Assembly: GCA_963810095.1 (NCBI GenBank)
Contig: CAWEMM010000006.1
Coordinates: 1,472,001 to 1,536,000 of the forward strand
Length of the DNA stretch: 64,000 nucleotides
Direction: 5' to 3'
Source: an uncultured Chloroflexia bacterium
Lineage (GTDB): Bacteria > Chloroflexota > Anaerolineae > CG2-30-64-16
Positions 42,110 through 52,296 of the stretch are shown piece by piece. Every line of letters begins with the position of its first letter. The first letter of the stretch is position 1. Below the pieces are notes generated by a model. That model searched no databases and was not told the DNA's origin. It was given only the letters and a program-made list of their open reading frames with translations. Position numbers and translations under genes: made by a program.

Positions 42110-43387
42110 TCAGCCACACGCCGACCGGTTCCGCGCTCGCTTGCGAGGCGCTCGATCACCTCGACGGCGGTCGCTACGCCGTCTTCGCTGCGGATGGCCC
42201 GGCCGATCTCGGCCGCGCACTGCCGGATGCCGCGGGTCCCCGGTCGCTGCCCGGATGGCCGCAGCAAGCCGCTCGCCGGTGAGCTTCTTTATGGGCACCG
42301 GCGCGGGCCCGGCTCCCAGCGCGGCAACCCGCCGCCCCCAGAAGGGCTGATCGGCAAAGAACGGGACGATGACGGAAGGAACGCCGGCGGCCAGGCCGGC
42401 CGCGGTGGTGCCCGCACCCCCGTGATGCACGACGGCGGCCATCCGTGGAAAGAGCCAGTCGTGCGGCGCCGAGTCGATGCGAAGGATGGTCGGTGGCAGG
42501 GACCCGCCGTCGAGATCGCCCCGGCCATCCAAGAGGATCCCACGCTGGCCCGTCGTCGCCAGCGCCTCCACGACCATGCGGGTGACTGCCCCGGCCTCCT
42601 TGTCGACGATACTGCCAAACCCCACGTAAACCGGTGGCGGCCCTGCCTCGAGGAATGCCGCGAGGTCGGGCGGCGGCACGTAGGTGGGGTCGGGGTCGGG
42701 AAACCAGTAGCCCGTCACATGGAGCCAGGGACCCCAGTCTGGCGGCGGCGGCACGACGTGCCTGCTGTAGCCGTAGATAATCGGCTCGGGCGCGATGTCG
42801 AGGGTCGCATACAGCTTCCAGGGCAGGGGCTCGAGCCCGAGGACTTCGACCCGGCACGCGTTGATCGTGGGCAGCATCAGGCGGAAGAAGAGCTGGTTGC
42901 TGAGGTGTGCGCTGCTGAAGTTGAGGCGGCCGCGGCCGGGCAGCCAGGCCGGGAATTCCGCGCCGGTGGACGAAACGAACTCGGCCGTGGGCGTGACCGG
43001 CTGGAGATAAGCCGGCAGGCAGAGGATCCCTAGTTTTTCTGCAACATGGAACGCGGCAAAGGCCAGCGGGTTGGCCAGCAGGAGATCGCAGCCCGCGCAC
43101 GCGGCCAGCAACTCGGCCGTGTAGCGCCGGGCAAGGGGGCCAAACTGTCGCTCGGCCCAGCGCGAGAAGCGAATGGGGTCGGCGAGTTTGCGGATGTCCT
43201 CCTGGAGCGCCTGCCGCGGGTCGGCAGGCACCGGTGCGAGCTCCAGGCCGCGTTCTTCGACGAACGCCTTGAACAAGGGGTCCGTCGCGATGTTTACGCT
43301 GTGCCCCGCACGTTTGAGCCCGAGCCCCAGCGCCAGGTAAGGCTGCACGTCGCCCCGCGTGCCCACCGTCGCAATGGTGATTCGCAT
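42110..43387 (-). CDS. GT1 family glycosyltransferase (sterol glucosyltransferase-like); frameshift near 42235, true 3' end uncertain
   Basis: GTRGDVQP, VYVGFGS, PHDWLFP, HHGGAGTT and PFFADQPFWG. Confidence 0.88.
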   Translation of the reverse strand: MRITIATVGTRGDVQPYLALGLGLKRAGHSVNIATDPLFKAFVEERGLELAPVPADPRQALQEDIRKLADPIRFSRWAERQFGPLARRYTAELLAACAGCDLLLANPLAFAAFHVAEKLGILCLPAYLQPVTPTAEFVSSTGAEFPAWLPGRGRLNFSSAHLSNQLFFRLMLPTINACRVEVLGLEPLPWKLYATLDIAPEPIIYGYSRHVVPPPPDWGPWLHVTGYWFPDPDPTYVPPPDLAAFLEAGPPPVYVGFGSIVDKEAGAVTRMVVEALATTGQRGILLDGRGDLDGGSLPPTILRIDSAPHDWLFPRMAAVVHHGGAGTTAAGLAAGVPSVIVPFFADQPFWGRRVAALGAGPAPVPIKKLTGERLAAAIRAATGDPRHPAVRGRDRPGHPQRRRRSDRRRGDRAPRKRARNRSACG

Positions 43388-43465
43388 CGCCGGCTTCTCC
43401 TTCCCGTAAGTTCCAGCCAAACCGGGCAAACGGCGCATGGCGGTATGCTCTGACCAGTCACACAG

Positions 43466-44518
43466 TTAGGCGAACAGCCTGTCCCAGGGGACCTCCACCT
43501 TGGCGTCTTCAGTTACCACCCGGCACAGCATCCGCAGCAGCGGCAGCTCTTCGCGACCGATCTCGCCGTCCTGCTCCCAGCGGGGCAGCGCCTGGGCCAT
43601 CTGCTTCACGATGTAACTACCTTCGAGCGTTTCGCCCGCCATCTGCAGCACGGCCTCGGTGTAGGTGAGCCCCGCGCCCAGCAGCCGGCCCATGCGGATG
43701 GTCCGGCCCCCAACGCAGGTCACATACTGGTCGCCCACGCCCGGCAGCCATGCCACATTCTCGACCCCGCCGCCCAGCAGCCCGACAAGCCGTGCCATCT
43801 CCCGGGCGCTCGCGCCGAACAGCGCTGCAGCGACGTTGTGCATCGCCGCGCCTGCATCGTCCGGACCACCCGCAAGGTCCAGCATGCCCGTCGCCATGCC
43901 CACGGCGAGCGTGTACGCGTTCTTCAGCGCGGCGCAGACCTCGACGCCCATGATATCGGTGGAGGGCCATATATGGTAGTAGGACGTGGCGAAGATGCCG
44001 CGCAAGCGCTCGAGAACGGCGCGATCGCGGCCGGTGAAGACGACGCTCGTATGCCGGCGGCCCGCCAACTCGCCCGCGATGCAGGGCCCGGCGATGGCGT
44101 TCAGGCTGACTGTGTCTCTCAGCTCAGCCGGCAGCTCGTCGCGCAACAGGTCGGGCAGGATGCGGAGCGTTCCGTCCCGGCCGGCCTCCAAGCCCTTCGT
44201 CACCGCGATGATGGTCGCGCTCCCCTTGAGCAGTGGCCCGAGCGTGTGTGCCAGCCACCGCACCCCCAGCGAGTTCACCCCGCTGACGATCAAGTCGGCG
44301 CCCTCCAGCGCCCTCGCCAGCTCCTCCACGTAGTACGGCATGATACCGTCGGGCAGGCGCCGCTTCAGCTTCGGATGCCAGCCCCGGTCAAGGCACGACT
44401 TGATAATGGGCGCATCGAGGTGCGTGCCCACCAGCCGCACGTCGTGCCCGTTGTCGGCCAGCGGCCACGCCACCGCTGTCCCCATCAGCCCCGCCCCCAG
44501 GATGGTGACCTTCGCCAT
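43466..44518 (-). CDS. NAD(P)H-dependent glycerol-3-phosphate dehydrogenase family protein
   Basis: GAGLMG, VTKG, GP..AGE, GVEVCAALKN, GVGD..VT..GGR and EG. Confidence 0.85.
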   Translation of the reverse strand: MAKVTILGAGLMGTAVAWPLADNGHDVRLVGTHLDAPIIKSCLDRGWHPKLKRRLPDGIMPYYVEELARALEGADLIVSGVNSLGVRWLAHTLGPLLKGSATIIAVTKGLEAGRDGTLRILPDLLRDELPAELRDTVSLNAIAGPCIAGELAGRRHTSVVFTGRDRAVLERLRGIFATSYYHIWPSTDIMGVEVCAALKNAYTLAVGMATGMLDLAGGPDDAGAAMHNVAAALFGASAREMARLVGLLGGGVENVAWLPGVGDQYVTCVGGRTIRMGRLLGAGLTYTEAVLQMAGETLEGSYIVKQMAQALPRWEQDGEIGREELPLLRMLCRVVTEDAKVEVPWDRLFA

Positions 44519-44549
44519 AGATCGTCCTTATCTCAAGAAGACCTGTGTT

Positions 44550-44631
44550 ACCACAAGGGCACGAAGACACAAAGGATCAAAGCACTTGCCTACAAACTTA
44601 GCGCGTCTTCGTGTCTTGGTGTCGTTGTGGT
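44550..44631. repeat. Inverted repeat of the ACAC(A/G)AAG family, copy 1
   Basis: ACCACAAGGGCACGAAGACACAAAG ... CTTCGTGTCTTGGTGTCGTTGTGGT. Confidence 0.75.
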
Positions 44632-44636
44632 TCAGT

Positions 44637-45863
44637 TCAATTTTTCCCGGCCGCGTCGCCCGCGACCTTGCCCGTGATCCATGCCCACAGGAAATTGTAC
44701 CCCCCAATGGGCCCGAAGGCATCCAGCATCTCGCCGCACAGGTACAGCCCCGGCGTGACCCGGCTTTCGAGCGTGGCCGGGTTCACCTGATCCAGCGCCA
44801 CCCCCCCGCCGGTGACCTCTGCGACCCGGTAGCCCTCGTGGCCCGACCAGGGCAGCGCGTAATGGGTCAAGGCCTCCACCAGGCGCGCCCGGTCCTCCCG
44901 GCGCAGCTGCGCCAGCCCGGCATCCCGCAGCCCGGTCTCGGCCAGCAGCTGGACCGCGAGCCGCTCGGGCAGATGCCGGCGGAGCACGCCCAGCGCATCG
45001 CCCCGTCCCTCCTGGAGCGCCTGCTCCCATTGAGCGGCGCTCAGCTCGCCCCAGGAAACGAACACCGGCGGCCGCGGCCCGCCCACGAAGGTCGAACGCA
45101 CGGGAACGTGCGAGATGTTCAGGACGGCCGGCCCGCTGTAGCCCTTGTGCGTGAAGAGGAAGCCGCCGCGGTGCGACAGCAGCTCCTTGCCGCCAGGACG
45201 CGGGGTGCTGACCGTCGCCGTGAGCGAGATGCCGGCCAGTTCCTTGTGCGCCTCGCTGCTCGTGGTCAGTGGGGTCAGCGCGGGGTAGGTGGGCACGACC
45301 GAGTGACCCAGCGCTTGCGCCATGCGCAGGCCTCCGCCGTCGCTGCCCGTCGCCGGCACGGATAGCCCGCCGGTTGCCAGGACGACACGGGAGGCATGCA
45401 CGGTGGGGTGTCCGTCCAGAGTGACGGTCCACCCGTCGCCGTTTCGCTCCAGGGCGCTGACCCTGGCCTCAAGCCGCAGGTCTACTCTTCGCTCTCGCAC
45501 CGCGCCGAGCAGCGCGTCGAGGACCGTCCGGGCCTGGTTCGACGCTGGGAAGACTTTGCCGTTCTCCTTCTCGAGCGCCAGGGGCACGTGCAGGTACTTC
45601 TCGAAGAAGCGGCACACTTCGACCAGCGACCAGCCCGCAAGGATTTTGCGCAGCGTGTTGGGCGAACCGTCGGTGTGAAAATCACCCTCGGTGGCCCATT
45701 GCGGCAGGACGTTGCAGCGCCCGCCGCCGCTGATGAGGATCTTCTGGCCGGGCTTGTCCGTGCTTTCCAACAGCACGACCGGCCGTTGGCGGCCCGACGC
45801 CCAGATGGCTGCGGTCAAGCCCGCGGCACCCGCGCCCACAATCACTACCGGTAGTTCGCTCAT
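44637..45863 (-). CDS. HI0933/YhiN/BaiN family flavoprotein
   Basis: GAGAAG, KILISGGGRCN, GKVFP, LATGG, LFTHKGYSGP, VTGGGV and GGYNF. Confidence 0.93.
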   Translation of the reverse strand: MSELPVVIVGAGAAGLTAAIWASGRQRPVVLLESTDKPGQKILISGGGRCNVLPQWATEGDFHTDGSPNTLRKILAGWSLVEVCRFFEKYLHVPLALEKENGKVFPASNQARTVLDALLGAVRERRVDLRLEARVSALERNGDGWTVTLDGHPTVHASRVVLATGGLSVPATGSDGGGLRMAQALGHSVVPTYPALTPLTTSSEAHKELAGISLTATVSTPRPGGKELLSHRGGFLFTHKGYSGPAVLNISHVPVRSTFVGGPRPPVFVSWGELSAAQWEQALQEGRGDALGVLRRHLPERLAVQLLAETGLRDAGLAQLRREDRARLVEALTHYALPWSGHEGYRVAEVTGGGVALDQVNPATLESRVTPGLYLCGEMLDAFGPIGGYNFLWAWITGKVAGDAAGKN

Positions 45864-45944
45864 CGCACCGATCCTCGTCGCTCTCAGATGTCCTGCTGTG
45901 GCCGGTCTCGTACGCGAGCGAAGCTCGCGCCCGGGCAACCGCCC

Positions 45945-47006
45945 CTACGCGCCCCCCAGCCGCCCCAGCGCCCACCTCGCGTGGTCGCGCACGAGCGGCT
46001 CGGCGTCTGTCAGCAGCGGGGCCAGGGCCGCGACCAGGCCGGTATCCCCCGAGTTGCCCGCCGCAATGCACGCGTTCCTGACCATCCCGCGCCGCTTCGC
46101 ACGCAAGACAGGCGTCCCGCGGAACTTTGCGCGGAAACCCGCCTCGTCCAGCGCCAGCAACTCGTCCAGCGCCAGCGCACCGTTCTCCACGTCCGCCTGC
46201 AGACCGGGCAGCGTCGCGGGCGGCGCGGCCCGGTTGTAGGGGCACACCTCCTGGCACACGTCGCAGCCGAACACCCAGTTGCCCATCAACGGCCGCATCT
46301 CCAGCGGGATCGGCCCGCGGAGTTCGATGGTCAGGTACGAGATGCAGCGCCGGGCGTCGAGCACGTGGTCCGCAGCAAACGCATCGGTCGGACAGGCCCG
46401 CAGGCAGCGCGTGCACGTCCCGCAGCCGAAGAACGGCTGCAGGTCGTGCTTCGTCGGCCGCTTGAGCTCGAGGCCCCCTTCGAGCACCTCGGGCACGATC
46501 AGCGCGGCGATGAAGGTCCACGAGCCCAAGCCGGGCGTAATCAGCACCGTATTGCGCCCGGTAAAACCCAGTTCGCTCTGCTCGGCGAAATCCCGCTCGA
46601 GCAGCGGGACGGAGTCCACGCACGCCTTGCCCGGCGCCTCGCGCCCGCTCTTATCGCGTATGAACGCGTCCAGCTCGAACAGCAGCGCCTTCAGCACGTC
46701 GTGATAGTCCCGTGACCACGCGTAGCGCGCGATCCGCCCGTAAGAGGGGTTCTCCCATTGGCTCGGCAGCCCCGCACGTGCGTAGCTTGCCAGCAGGACC
46801 ACCATCGACCGTGCGTCGGGTGCGAGCCGCTCCGGCTCCAGGCGCAGCGCCGCACGCTCCAGCATGTAGGCCATTTCGCCGTGGTACCCGGCCGTCAGCC
46901 AGGCCTCGAACGCCTCGGCCGTAGCAGGCCGGCCCGCCGGTATCGCCGCCGCTGCATCAAACCCAAATGCCAGCGCCCGCGCCAGCACATCATTCGTCAG
47001 AGTCAC
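45945..47006 (-). CDS. queG: Epoxyqueuosine reductase
   Basis: YHGEMAYM, ARYAWSRDYH, CGTCTRCLRACPT, RCISYLTIE and GCDVCQEVCPYN. Confidence 0.95.
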   Translation of the reverse strand: MTLTNDVLARALAFGFDAAAAIPAGRPATAEAFEAWLTAGYHGEMAYMLERAALRLEPERLAPDARSMVVLLASYARAGLPSQWENPSYGRIARYAWSRDYHDVLKALLFELDAFIRDKSGREAPGKACVDSVPLLERDFAEQSELGFTGRNTVLITPGLGSWTFIAALIVPEVLEGGLELKRPTKHDLQPFFGCGTCTRCLRACPTDAFAADHVLDARRCISYLTIELRGPIPLEMRPLMGNWVFGCDVCQEVCPYNRAAPPATLPGLQADVENGALALDELLALDEAGFRAKFRGTPVLRAKRRGMVRNACIAAGNSGDTGLVAALAPLLTDAEPLVRDHARWALGRLGGA

Positions 47007-47183
47007 CCCGCGATTATAGTCGCAGCGACGTCATCCGTAAACCGCGCTGCGCGCCGGCGAGCAAGATTTTCGGGGTTTCAAAACCCCGAAGATCTCCCAG
47101 GGGCCCGGAACTCAAACCGTTACCCTTTACTTTGCCGTAGCTGGCGCTATAATCTGTCAGATTGTAATTCGGAAAGGTGTGTC

Positions 47184-47717
47184 ATGAACAGGCGACTTAC
47201 GCCCGCTATGATCGGCCTTCTGGCCGTCCTGATCGCTCTCGTGGCCGTGTTCACCCTGGTGCCCCGCGTACCCATACCGGCCACGGGCGGCTACGCGAAT
47301 CTGTCCTCGGTCGCGATCACGTTCAGCAGCCTCGTGTTCGGGCCGTTCGTCGGCGCAGTTGCGGGCGGCATTGGCACCGCCATCGCGGACCTGCTCGGCG
47401 GCTTCCTGCCTTTTGCGCCACTTAGCCTCATCGCCCACGGCTTGGAAGGGTTCCTGATCGGCCTCCTGGGACGCGGCCAACGCTCGGTGGGCCGCATGAT
47501 TATCGCCTGGCTCGTGGGCAGCCTGGCGATGATGGCCGTCTACTTCGTCGGCGAGTCATTGTTCTTCACCGGCCCCGCGGCCACGCTCGCGGAGGTCCCG
47601 TTTAACGCGTTCCAGGCCTTGCTCGGCGCGATCGTAGGTATCCCGCTCGTTATCGCCATCCGTCACGCTTACCCTGCGGTCGATCGTCTCGGCCGACGGC
47701 AGACGTGGACCGAATAG
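47184..47717 (+). CDS. ECF transporter S component
   Basis: PATGGYANL, GAVAGGIGTAIADLLGG and HGLEG; about 6 TM. Confidence 0.88.
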   Translation: MNRRLTPAMIGLLAVLIALVAVFTLVPRVPIPATGGYANLSSVAITFSSLVFGPFVGAVAGGIGTAIADLLGGFLPFAPLSLIAHGLEGFLIGLLGRGQRSVGRMIIAWLVGSLAMMAVYFVGESLFFTGPAATLAEVPFNAFQALLGAIVGIPLVIAIRHAYPAVDRLGRRQTWTE

Positions 47718-47767
47718 CCCAGCGCGCCGCGCCTGCGCATGTGGGTGCAGCCGTCATACCCCGCCCC

Positions 47768-48609
47768 ATGGTAGAGGTGACCGGCCTGACCTTCGCATAC
47801 GGCGAGGGTCAGCCGGTCTTTTCTGACTTCTCATGGCGGGTCGGAACCGGCGAGGCGTGGGCCATCATCGGGCCGTCGGGCTGCGGCAAGAGCACGCTGC
47901 TTTACCTCATCGCGGGGCTGCGCCAGCCGCAAGCGGGGACGATCCTGGTCGACGGCCACCCGGTGCCGCGCCCCGGGCCAGCACCGGCCTGGTGCTGCAG
48001 GACTACGGGCTGCTGCCCTGGGCGACCGTTTGGGAGAACGTTGCGCTGCCGATGCGCCTTGGGCGGTTCTACCGCGGGAAGGGCGACGCCGGCGACGCGG
48101 CCCGCCCCTATCCTCGCTCAGACATCACGCCGGACCGTGTCGATTACTGGCTGGAGCGCCTTGGGATTACGGACCAGCGCAAGAAGTATCCGGCCCAGCT
48201 CAGCGGGGGCCAGCGCCAGCGGGTCGCCATCGCCCGCAGCCTGCTGCAGCAGCCCAACCTGCTCCTGATGGACGAACCCTTTTCCTCGCTGGACGCGGTG
48301 ACGCGGGAGGACCTTCAGGCCCTCACCGCCGAGCTCTGCGCGGAAACCAAAGTCACGACGCTGGTGGTGACACACACCATCGAGGAGGCCGTGTTCCTTG
48401 GGCGCTGCATCCTGGTACTGAGCCGGCCCCCTAACGTGGGCCCACGGGTGATCGACAATCCCGGCGCGGGCGATCCCGCGTATCGCGTCCGCCCCGAATT
48501 CTGGGCGCGGGTGGTCGAGTTCCGCGGCTTGCTCGGGCCGAGCGACGAACCTGCTGCCACTGGGGCCGTCACCGAGGGTGACGCCAACGTCACCGAAGGT
48601 GGCGCATGA
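47768..48609 (+). CDS. ABC transporter ATP-binding protein (SsuB/TauB-like); frameshift near 47970
   Basis: GPSGCGKST, LLPWATV, LSGGQRQR, LMDEPF and VTHTIEEAV. Confidence 0.9.
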
Positions 48610-49349
48610 GCCGCCGTAACCTGCTTCTGGGCACCCTTGGGCTCATCGTGCTCTGGCAGCTGTTGAGCATGGCCCTGAACACTGAAGTGCTGCCCGGCCC
48701 GTGGACAACGGCACAGGCCTTCGTCCAGGCAGTGCCCAACGGCTTGCTGCGCCATTTCCTCGTCAGCGGCTACCGGGTGATTGCGGGCATCTTCCTGGCG
48801 ATGTTGTTCGCGCTGCCGCTCGGGTTGATCCTCGGCCAGAGCCCCAGCCTCAACCGTTTCTTCTCGCCCATCGTCTACATCACCTACCCGATTCCGAAGA
48901 TCGTCTTTCTCCCCGTCATCCTGCTGCTTTTTGGCATCGGGAACACGAGCAAGATCTTCATCATCTTCATCATCCTGTTCTTCCAGATCCTGGTCGTCGT
49001 GCGCGACCAGGCTGCGGCGCTGCGTCCCGAGTTGATCTATTCGGTCCGGTCGCTGGGTGCAGGCCGCCGCGCGCTGTTTCGTTTCGTCTACCTGCCCGCC
49101 ACCGTGCCCGCCGCGCTGACCGCGCTGCGCGTGAGCATCGGGACGGCCGTTGCGGTGCTGTTCTTCGCCGAGTCGTTTGCGACCACGTCGGGCCTCGGCT
49201 ACTATATCATCTCGGACAGCTGGCAGCGGCTGGCCTATCCGGAGATGTATGCCGGTGTCGTGGCGCTAAGCCTGCTCGGCCTGCTGCTGTATTTCGTCGT
49301 GGATGGCCTGGAGCGCGGGCTCGCACCCTGGATGTTCGTGCGTGACTGA
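48606..49349 (+). CDS. ABC transporter permease (SsuC/TauC-like)
   Basis: PIPKIVFLP, RSLGA...YLPA and AES..GLGY. Confidence 0.9.
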   Translation: MSRRNLLLGTLGLIVLWQLLSMALNTEVLPGPWTTAQAFVQAVPNGLLRHFLVSGYRVIAGIFLAMLFALPLGLILGQSPSLNRFFSPIVYITYPIPKIVFLPVILLLFGIGNTSKIFIIFIILFFQILVVVRDQAAALRPELIYSVRSLGAGRRALFRFVYLPATVPAALTALRVSIGTAVAVLFFAESFATTSGLGYYIISDSWQRLAYPEMYAGVVALSLLGLLLYFVVDGLERGLAPWMFVRD

Positions 49350-49377
49350 GGGGCGTTCCATGCCGGAGCTGGATCTG

Positions 49378-49451
49378 AACGACAAAGTCACGAAGACACG
49401 AAGGATCCAAAGAGTTTTCGTGTACCTTTGAGACTTCGTGTCTTCGTGGTT
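49378..49451. repeat. Inverted repeat of the ACAC(A/G)AAG family, copy 2
   Basis: AACGACAAAGTCACGAAGACACGAAG ... CTTCGTGTCTTCGTGGTT. Confidence 0.75.
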
Positions 49452-49486
49452 AAGAATGCCATTTTCGCCATTGCTTAACTTGCAGG

Positions 49487-50242
49487 ATGACTACCGTGCC
49501 CGAACGTGACCCGGTTTTGCCTCCCATCGAGGAGAAGCGCTCATACGTGCGGCAGATGTTTACCGACATCGCGCCGCGCTACGACCTGATGAACCGCCTG
49601 ATGACCCTGGGTCGTGACCGGGTCTGGCGGCGCACCGTTGTGGAGCTGTGCAACCTGCCCCGGTACGGCCGGCTGCTCGACGTGGCGACCGGCACGGGCG
49701 ACATCGGCTATGAGGCGCTCAAACAGGACAAGAGCCTCGACGTCGTCGGGGTCGATCTGACACGGGAGATGATGGTGCGCGGCCGCGGCAAGGTGCGTGA
49801 TGCCCGCGGCAGCACGGTCTCGTTCCCCTTCGCCGAAGCCGACGCGCTGGCCCTCCCCTTCGCCGACAACAGCTTCGACGCTGCAACCTCGGGCTTCATG
49901 ATGCGCAACGTCGTCGACGTCCACCGGGCCTTCGTCGAGCAGCGGCGGGTGGTCAAACCGGGCGGCCGGGTCGTGTGCCTGGAGATCACGCTGCCGCGGA
50001 CCCCGGTGTTCGGCCCGCTGTTCCAGCTCTACTTCTTCAAGGTGGTGCCCTTGATCGGGAGCGTCGTCACCGGCCAGCGCTCGGCCTACACCTACCTGCC
50101 GCACTCCGCGCTCAAGTTCCCGCAGCCGCCCGAGCTCGCCGCAATCATGCGTGCAGCCGGCCTGCGCGACGTGCAATACCGGCTCGCGATGCCGGGCCTG
50201 GGCCGCACCGGCACGGTGGCCGTTCATTGGGGGACAAAATGA
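49487..50242 (+). CDS. menG: Demethylmenaquinone methyltransferase UbiE/MenG
   Basis: MFTDIAPRYDLMN, LDVATGTGD, LPFADNSFD and AYTYLP. Confidence 0.9.
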   Translation: MTTVPERDPVLPPIEEKRSYVRQMFTDIAPRYDLMNRLMTLGRDRVWRRTVVELCNLPRYGRLLDVATGTGDIGYEALKQDKSLDVVGVDLTREMMVRGRGKVRDARGSTVSFPFAEADALALPFADNSFDAATSGFMMRNVVDVHRAFVEQRRVVKPGGRVVCLEITLPRTPVFGPLFQLYFFKVVPLIGSVVTGQRSAYTYLPHSALKFPQPPELAAIMRAAGLRDVQYRLAMPGLGRTGTVAVHWGTK

Positions 50243-50847
50243 GTGGTACGGGAACCAAACGGCTGGTGATTGCCATGACCGGCGCATCGGGGCAGATCTA
50301 CGGCATCCGACTGCTGCAAGTGCTTAAAGATGCGCCCGAGGTGGAGACCCACCTGGTGATGAGCCAGGCCGCCCGCATTACGACCGCCCAGGAGACGGAT
50401 TACGACCCGCGTGACGTGGAAGCGCTGGCGAACGTGGTCTACCGCCCCGGCGACATCGGCGCGGCCATCGCCAGTGGTTCGTTCGAGACGGCCGGGATGG
50501 TCGTCGCGCCGTGCAGCATCAAGAGCCTGTCCGCCATCGCCAACAGCTTCAACGACGACCTCATTACCCGGGCGGCCGACGTGCAGATGAAGGAGGGCCG
50601 GCCGGTGCTGCTGATGGTGCGCGAAACGCCCCTTCACCTCGGTCACCTCGAGCTAATGGCCCACGCAGCCCGCATCGGTTACATCATTTTCCCACCCGTT
50701 CCCGCCTTCTACAGCCGTCCCCATACCCTCGACGACCTGGTTAACGGCACGGTCGGCCGGGTGCTGGCCCGCATCGGCATCGACAACGACCTCTATCACC
50801 GCTGGCTGGGTATGCAAAAAGAGTCAAAACATATATCTAATAGTTGA
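50239..50847 (+). CDS. ubiX: Flavin prenyltransferase UbiX
   Basis: TGASG, IASGS, APCS, RAADV, RETP and PAFY. Confidence 0.93.
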   Translation: MSGTGTKRLVIAMTGASGQIYGIRLLQVLKDAPEVETHLVMSQAARITTAQETDYDPRDVEALANVVYRPGDIGAAIASGSFETAGMVVAPCSIKSLSAIANSFNDDLITRAADVQMKEGRPVLLMVRETPLHLGHLELMAHAARIGYIIFPPVPAFYSRPHTLDDLVNGTVGRVLARIGIDNDLYHRWLGMQKESKHISNS

Positions 50848-50874
50848 CAACGGCTCGATTTTCCAGTATATACT
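50844..50874 (+). promoter_or_regulatory. Probable sigma70 promoter
   Basis: TTGACA (50844), 17 bp spacer, TATATA/TATACT in an AT-rich patch. Confidence 0.6.
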
Positions 50875-50987
50875 ATTATAATTCTTGGAGGCGTGGTCTA
50901 CGCCTGAAAGCCTGCATTTCCTACCCGCAGGCGTCGGGCCGTGTACCACATCCCTGGCTCTAGCCTGGCCGTGCGGAGGTGATCGCC

Positions 50988-52235
50988 ATGGCGACGCGCA
51001 GCAACGGAAAATCGAGCCGCAACGGTGCGGGCGGCAGCGGTGGAAGCCGCAATGGGGCTTCGACCGCCCTGCCCCCGGATGCCGATGTCCTTGAGACGCG
51101 GGCGGTGAACTCGGACCTGGACGCGGAGTTGGCGGCCCTGCTGGAGGGCGAGGCAAGCGGCGCCGAAACGCCGGCCGTAGCGCCGCCCGCGACTGCGAGC
51201 GAGCCGGTGCGTGGCGCCAACGGTGCGGACGACAGCCCGACCGCCGTGACGACTGCGTCGGGTCCCGCGGCCTCGAGCGGCTATCTCTCGACCCTGCCCG
51301 ACCGGCCGCTACCCGCGACCCGGCGCTTTGGCGCGATTATCCTGGATGCGCCCGTGCGCACGACCGGGGCGGAACTGGCGGCGGGCCTGGGCGATCCACG
51401 GGGCACGCCGCCGGGTCCGGGGAAAGAACCCGAGATTGCGGCGCCCCTGCCCGCCGTGGTCATCCGGACGGAAGACCAGAAGTCGAGCGTGATCAAGCGG
51501 CTCGACACGATCCGTGATACGGAGTGGCAGCGCAAGTTTCACGCGCAGATCGACCGGCTCTACAAGGAGATTGCGACGGAGTTCAGCACGCCACCCGACG
51601 TGGCGCAGAAGATGCTGGAGATGCTGCGCGAGGCGCGGCAGTTGATGATCGACTCGCCGGAGGAATACGGCAACGCGGAATACCGCGTGATGCAGGTGGC
51701 GACGTCGGTGGAGCGGCGGCGGCAGAGCCGGCAGCAGGCGAAGTACCTGGGGCCCGGGCTCTTCTTCTACCTCGCGTTCTGGCTCTTCGCCTTCACCGCC
51801 GCGCTCATCTTTGCCAGCCAGATTGCCAACCGGGTGCAGCTGCTCGGCCAAATCGCGGAGCCGCAAGTCGCCAATATCCTGCCGATCATCAACACGATGT
51901 TGTGGGGCGGCATCGGTGGGGTGGTGGGCGGGCTCTATGCCCTGTGGTATCACATCGCGGACCGCCAGGACTTCGACAAGCACTATGCGATGTGGTACTA
52001 CGTGCAGCCGCTGATGGGGCTGGTGCTCGGCGCGATCACGTTCCTGATCATTGCGGGCGGCTTCCTGATCGTCCAGGTCAACATCACCGACCCGAATGCG
52101 GCGGCCGGCGCCCGGCTGATCCCATACCTGGTGGCGGTGCTCGCAGGGTTCAAGCAGGATTTCGTCTACGACCAGTTGGAGCGAGTGGTGTCCATCTTCG
52201 CCCCCGGGCCGGCAAAGGCGGATACGTCGAAGTAG
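50988..52235 (+). CDS. Hypothetical membrane protein (disordered N-terminus, helical middle, 4 TM C-terminus)
   Basis: RBS GGAGGT; WGGIGGVVG...FD...WYYVQP..G TM motif. Confidence 0.8.
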   Translation: MATRSNGKSSRNGAGGSGGSRNGASTALPPDADVLETRAVNSDLDAELAALLEGEASGAETPAVAPPATASEPVRGANGADDSPTAVTTASGPAASSGYLSTLPDRPLPATRRFGAIILDAPVRTTGAELAAGLGDPRGTPPGPGKEPEIAAPLPAVVIRTEDQKSSVIKRLDTIRDTEWQRKFHAQIDRLYKEIATEFSTPPDVAQKMLEMLREARQLMIDSPEEYGNAEYRVMQVATSVERRRQSRQQAKYLGPGLFFYLAFWLFAFTAALIFASQIANRVQLLGQIAEPQVANILPIINTMLWGGIGGVVGGLYALWYHIADRQDFDKHYAMWYYVQPLMGLVLGAITFLIIAGGFLIVQVNITDPNAAAGARLIPYLVAVLAGFKQDFVYDQLERVVSIFAPGPAKADTSK

Positions 52236-52252
52236 GGCTTCACCAGGGCACA

Positions 52253-52287
52253 AAGAAACCGGGTTTCTGCCAGAAACCCGGTTTTTT
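52253..52287. repeat. AGAAACCGGGTTTCT palindrome, probable bidirectional terminator
   Basis: AAGAAACCGGGTTTCTG-C-CAGAAACCCGGTTTTTT between convergent genes. Confidence 0.75.
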
Positions 52288-52296
52288 CGTGGTGAG

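Noticed and set aside
42110-43387. Rifamycin glycosyltransferase forming a resistance cluster with rph
   Set aside because: Same broad GT1 family, but 6 kb away with unrelated housekeeping genes between and no specific evidence
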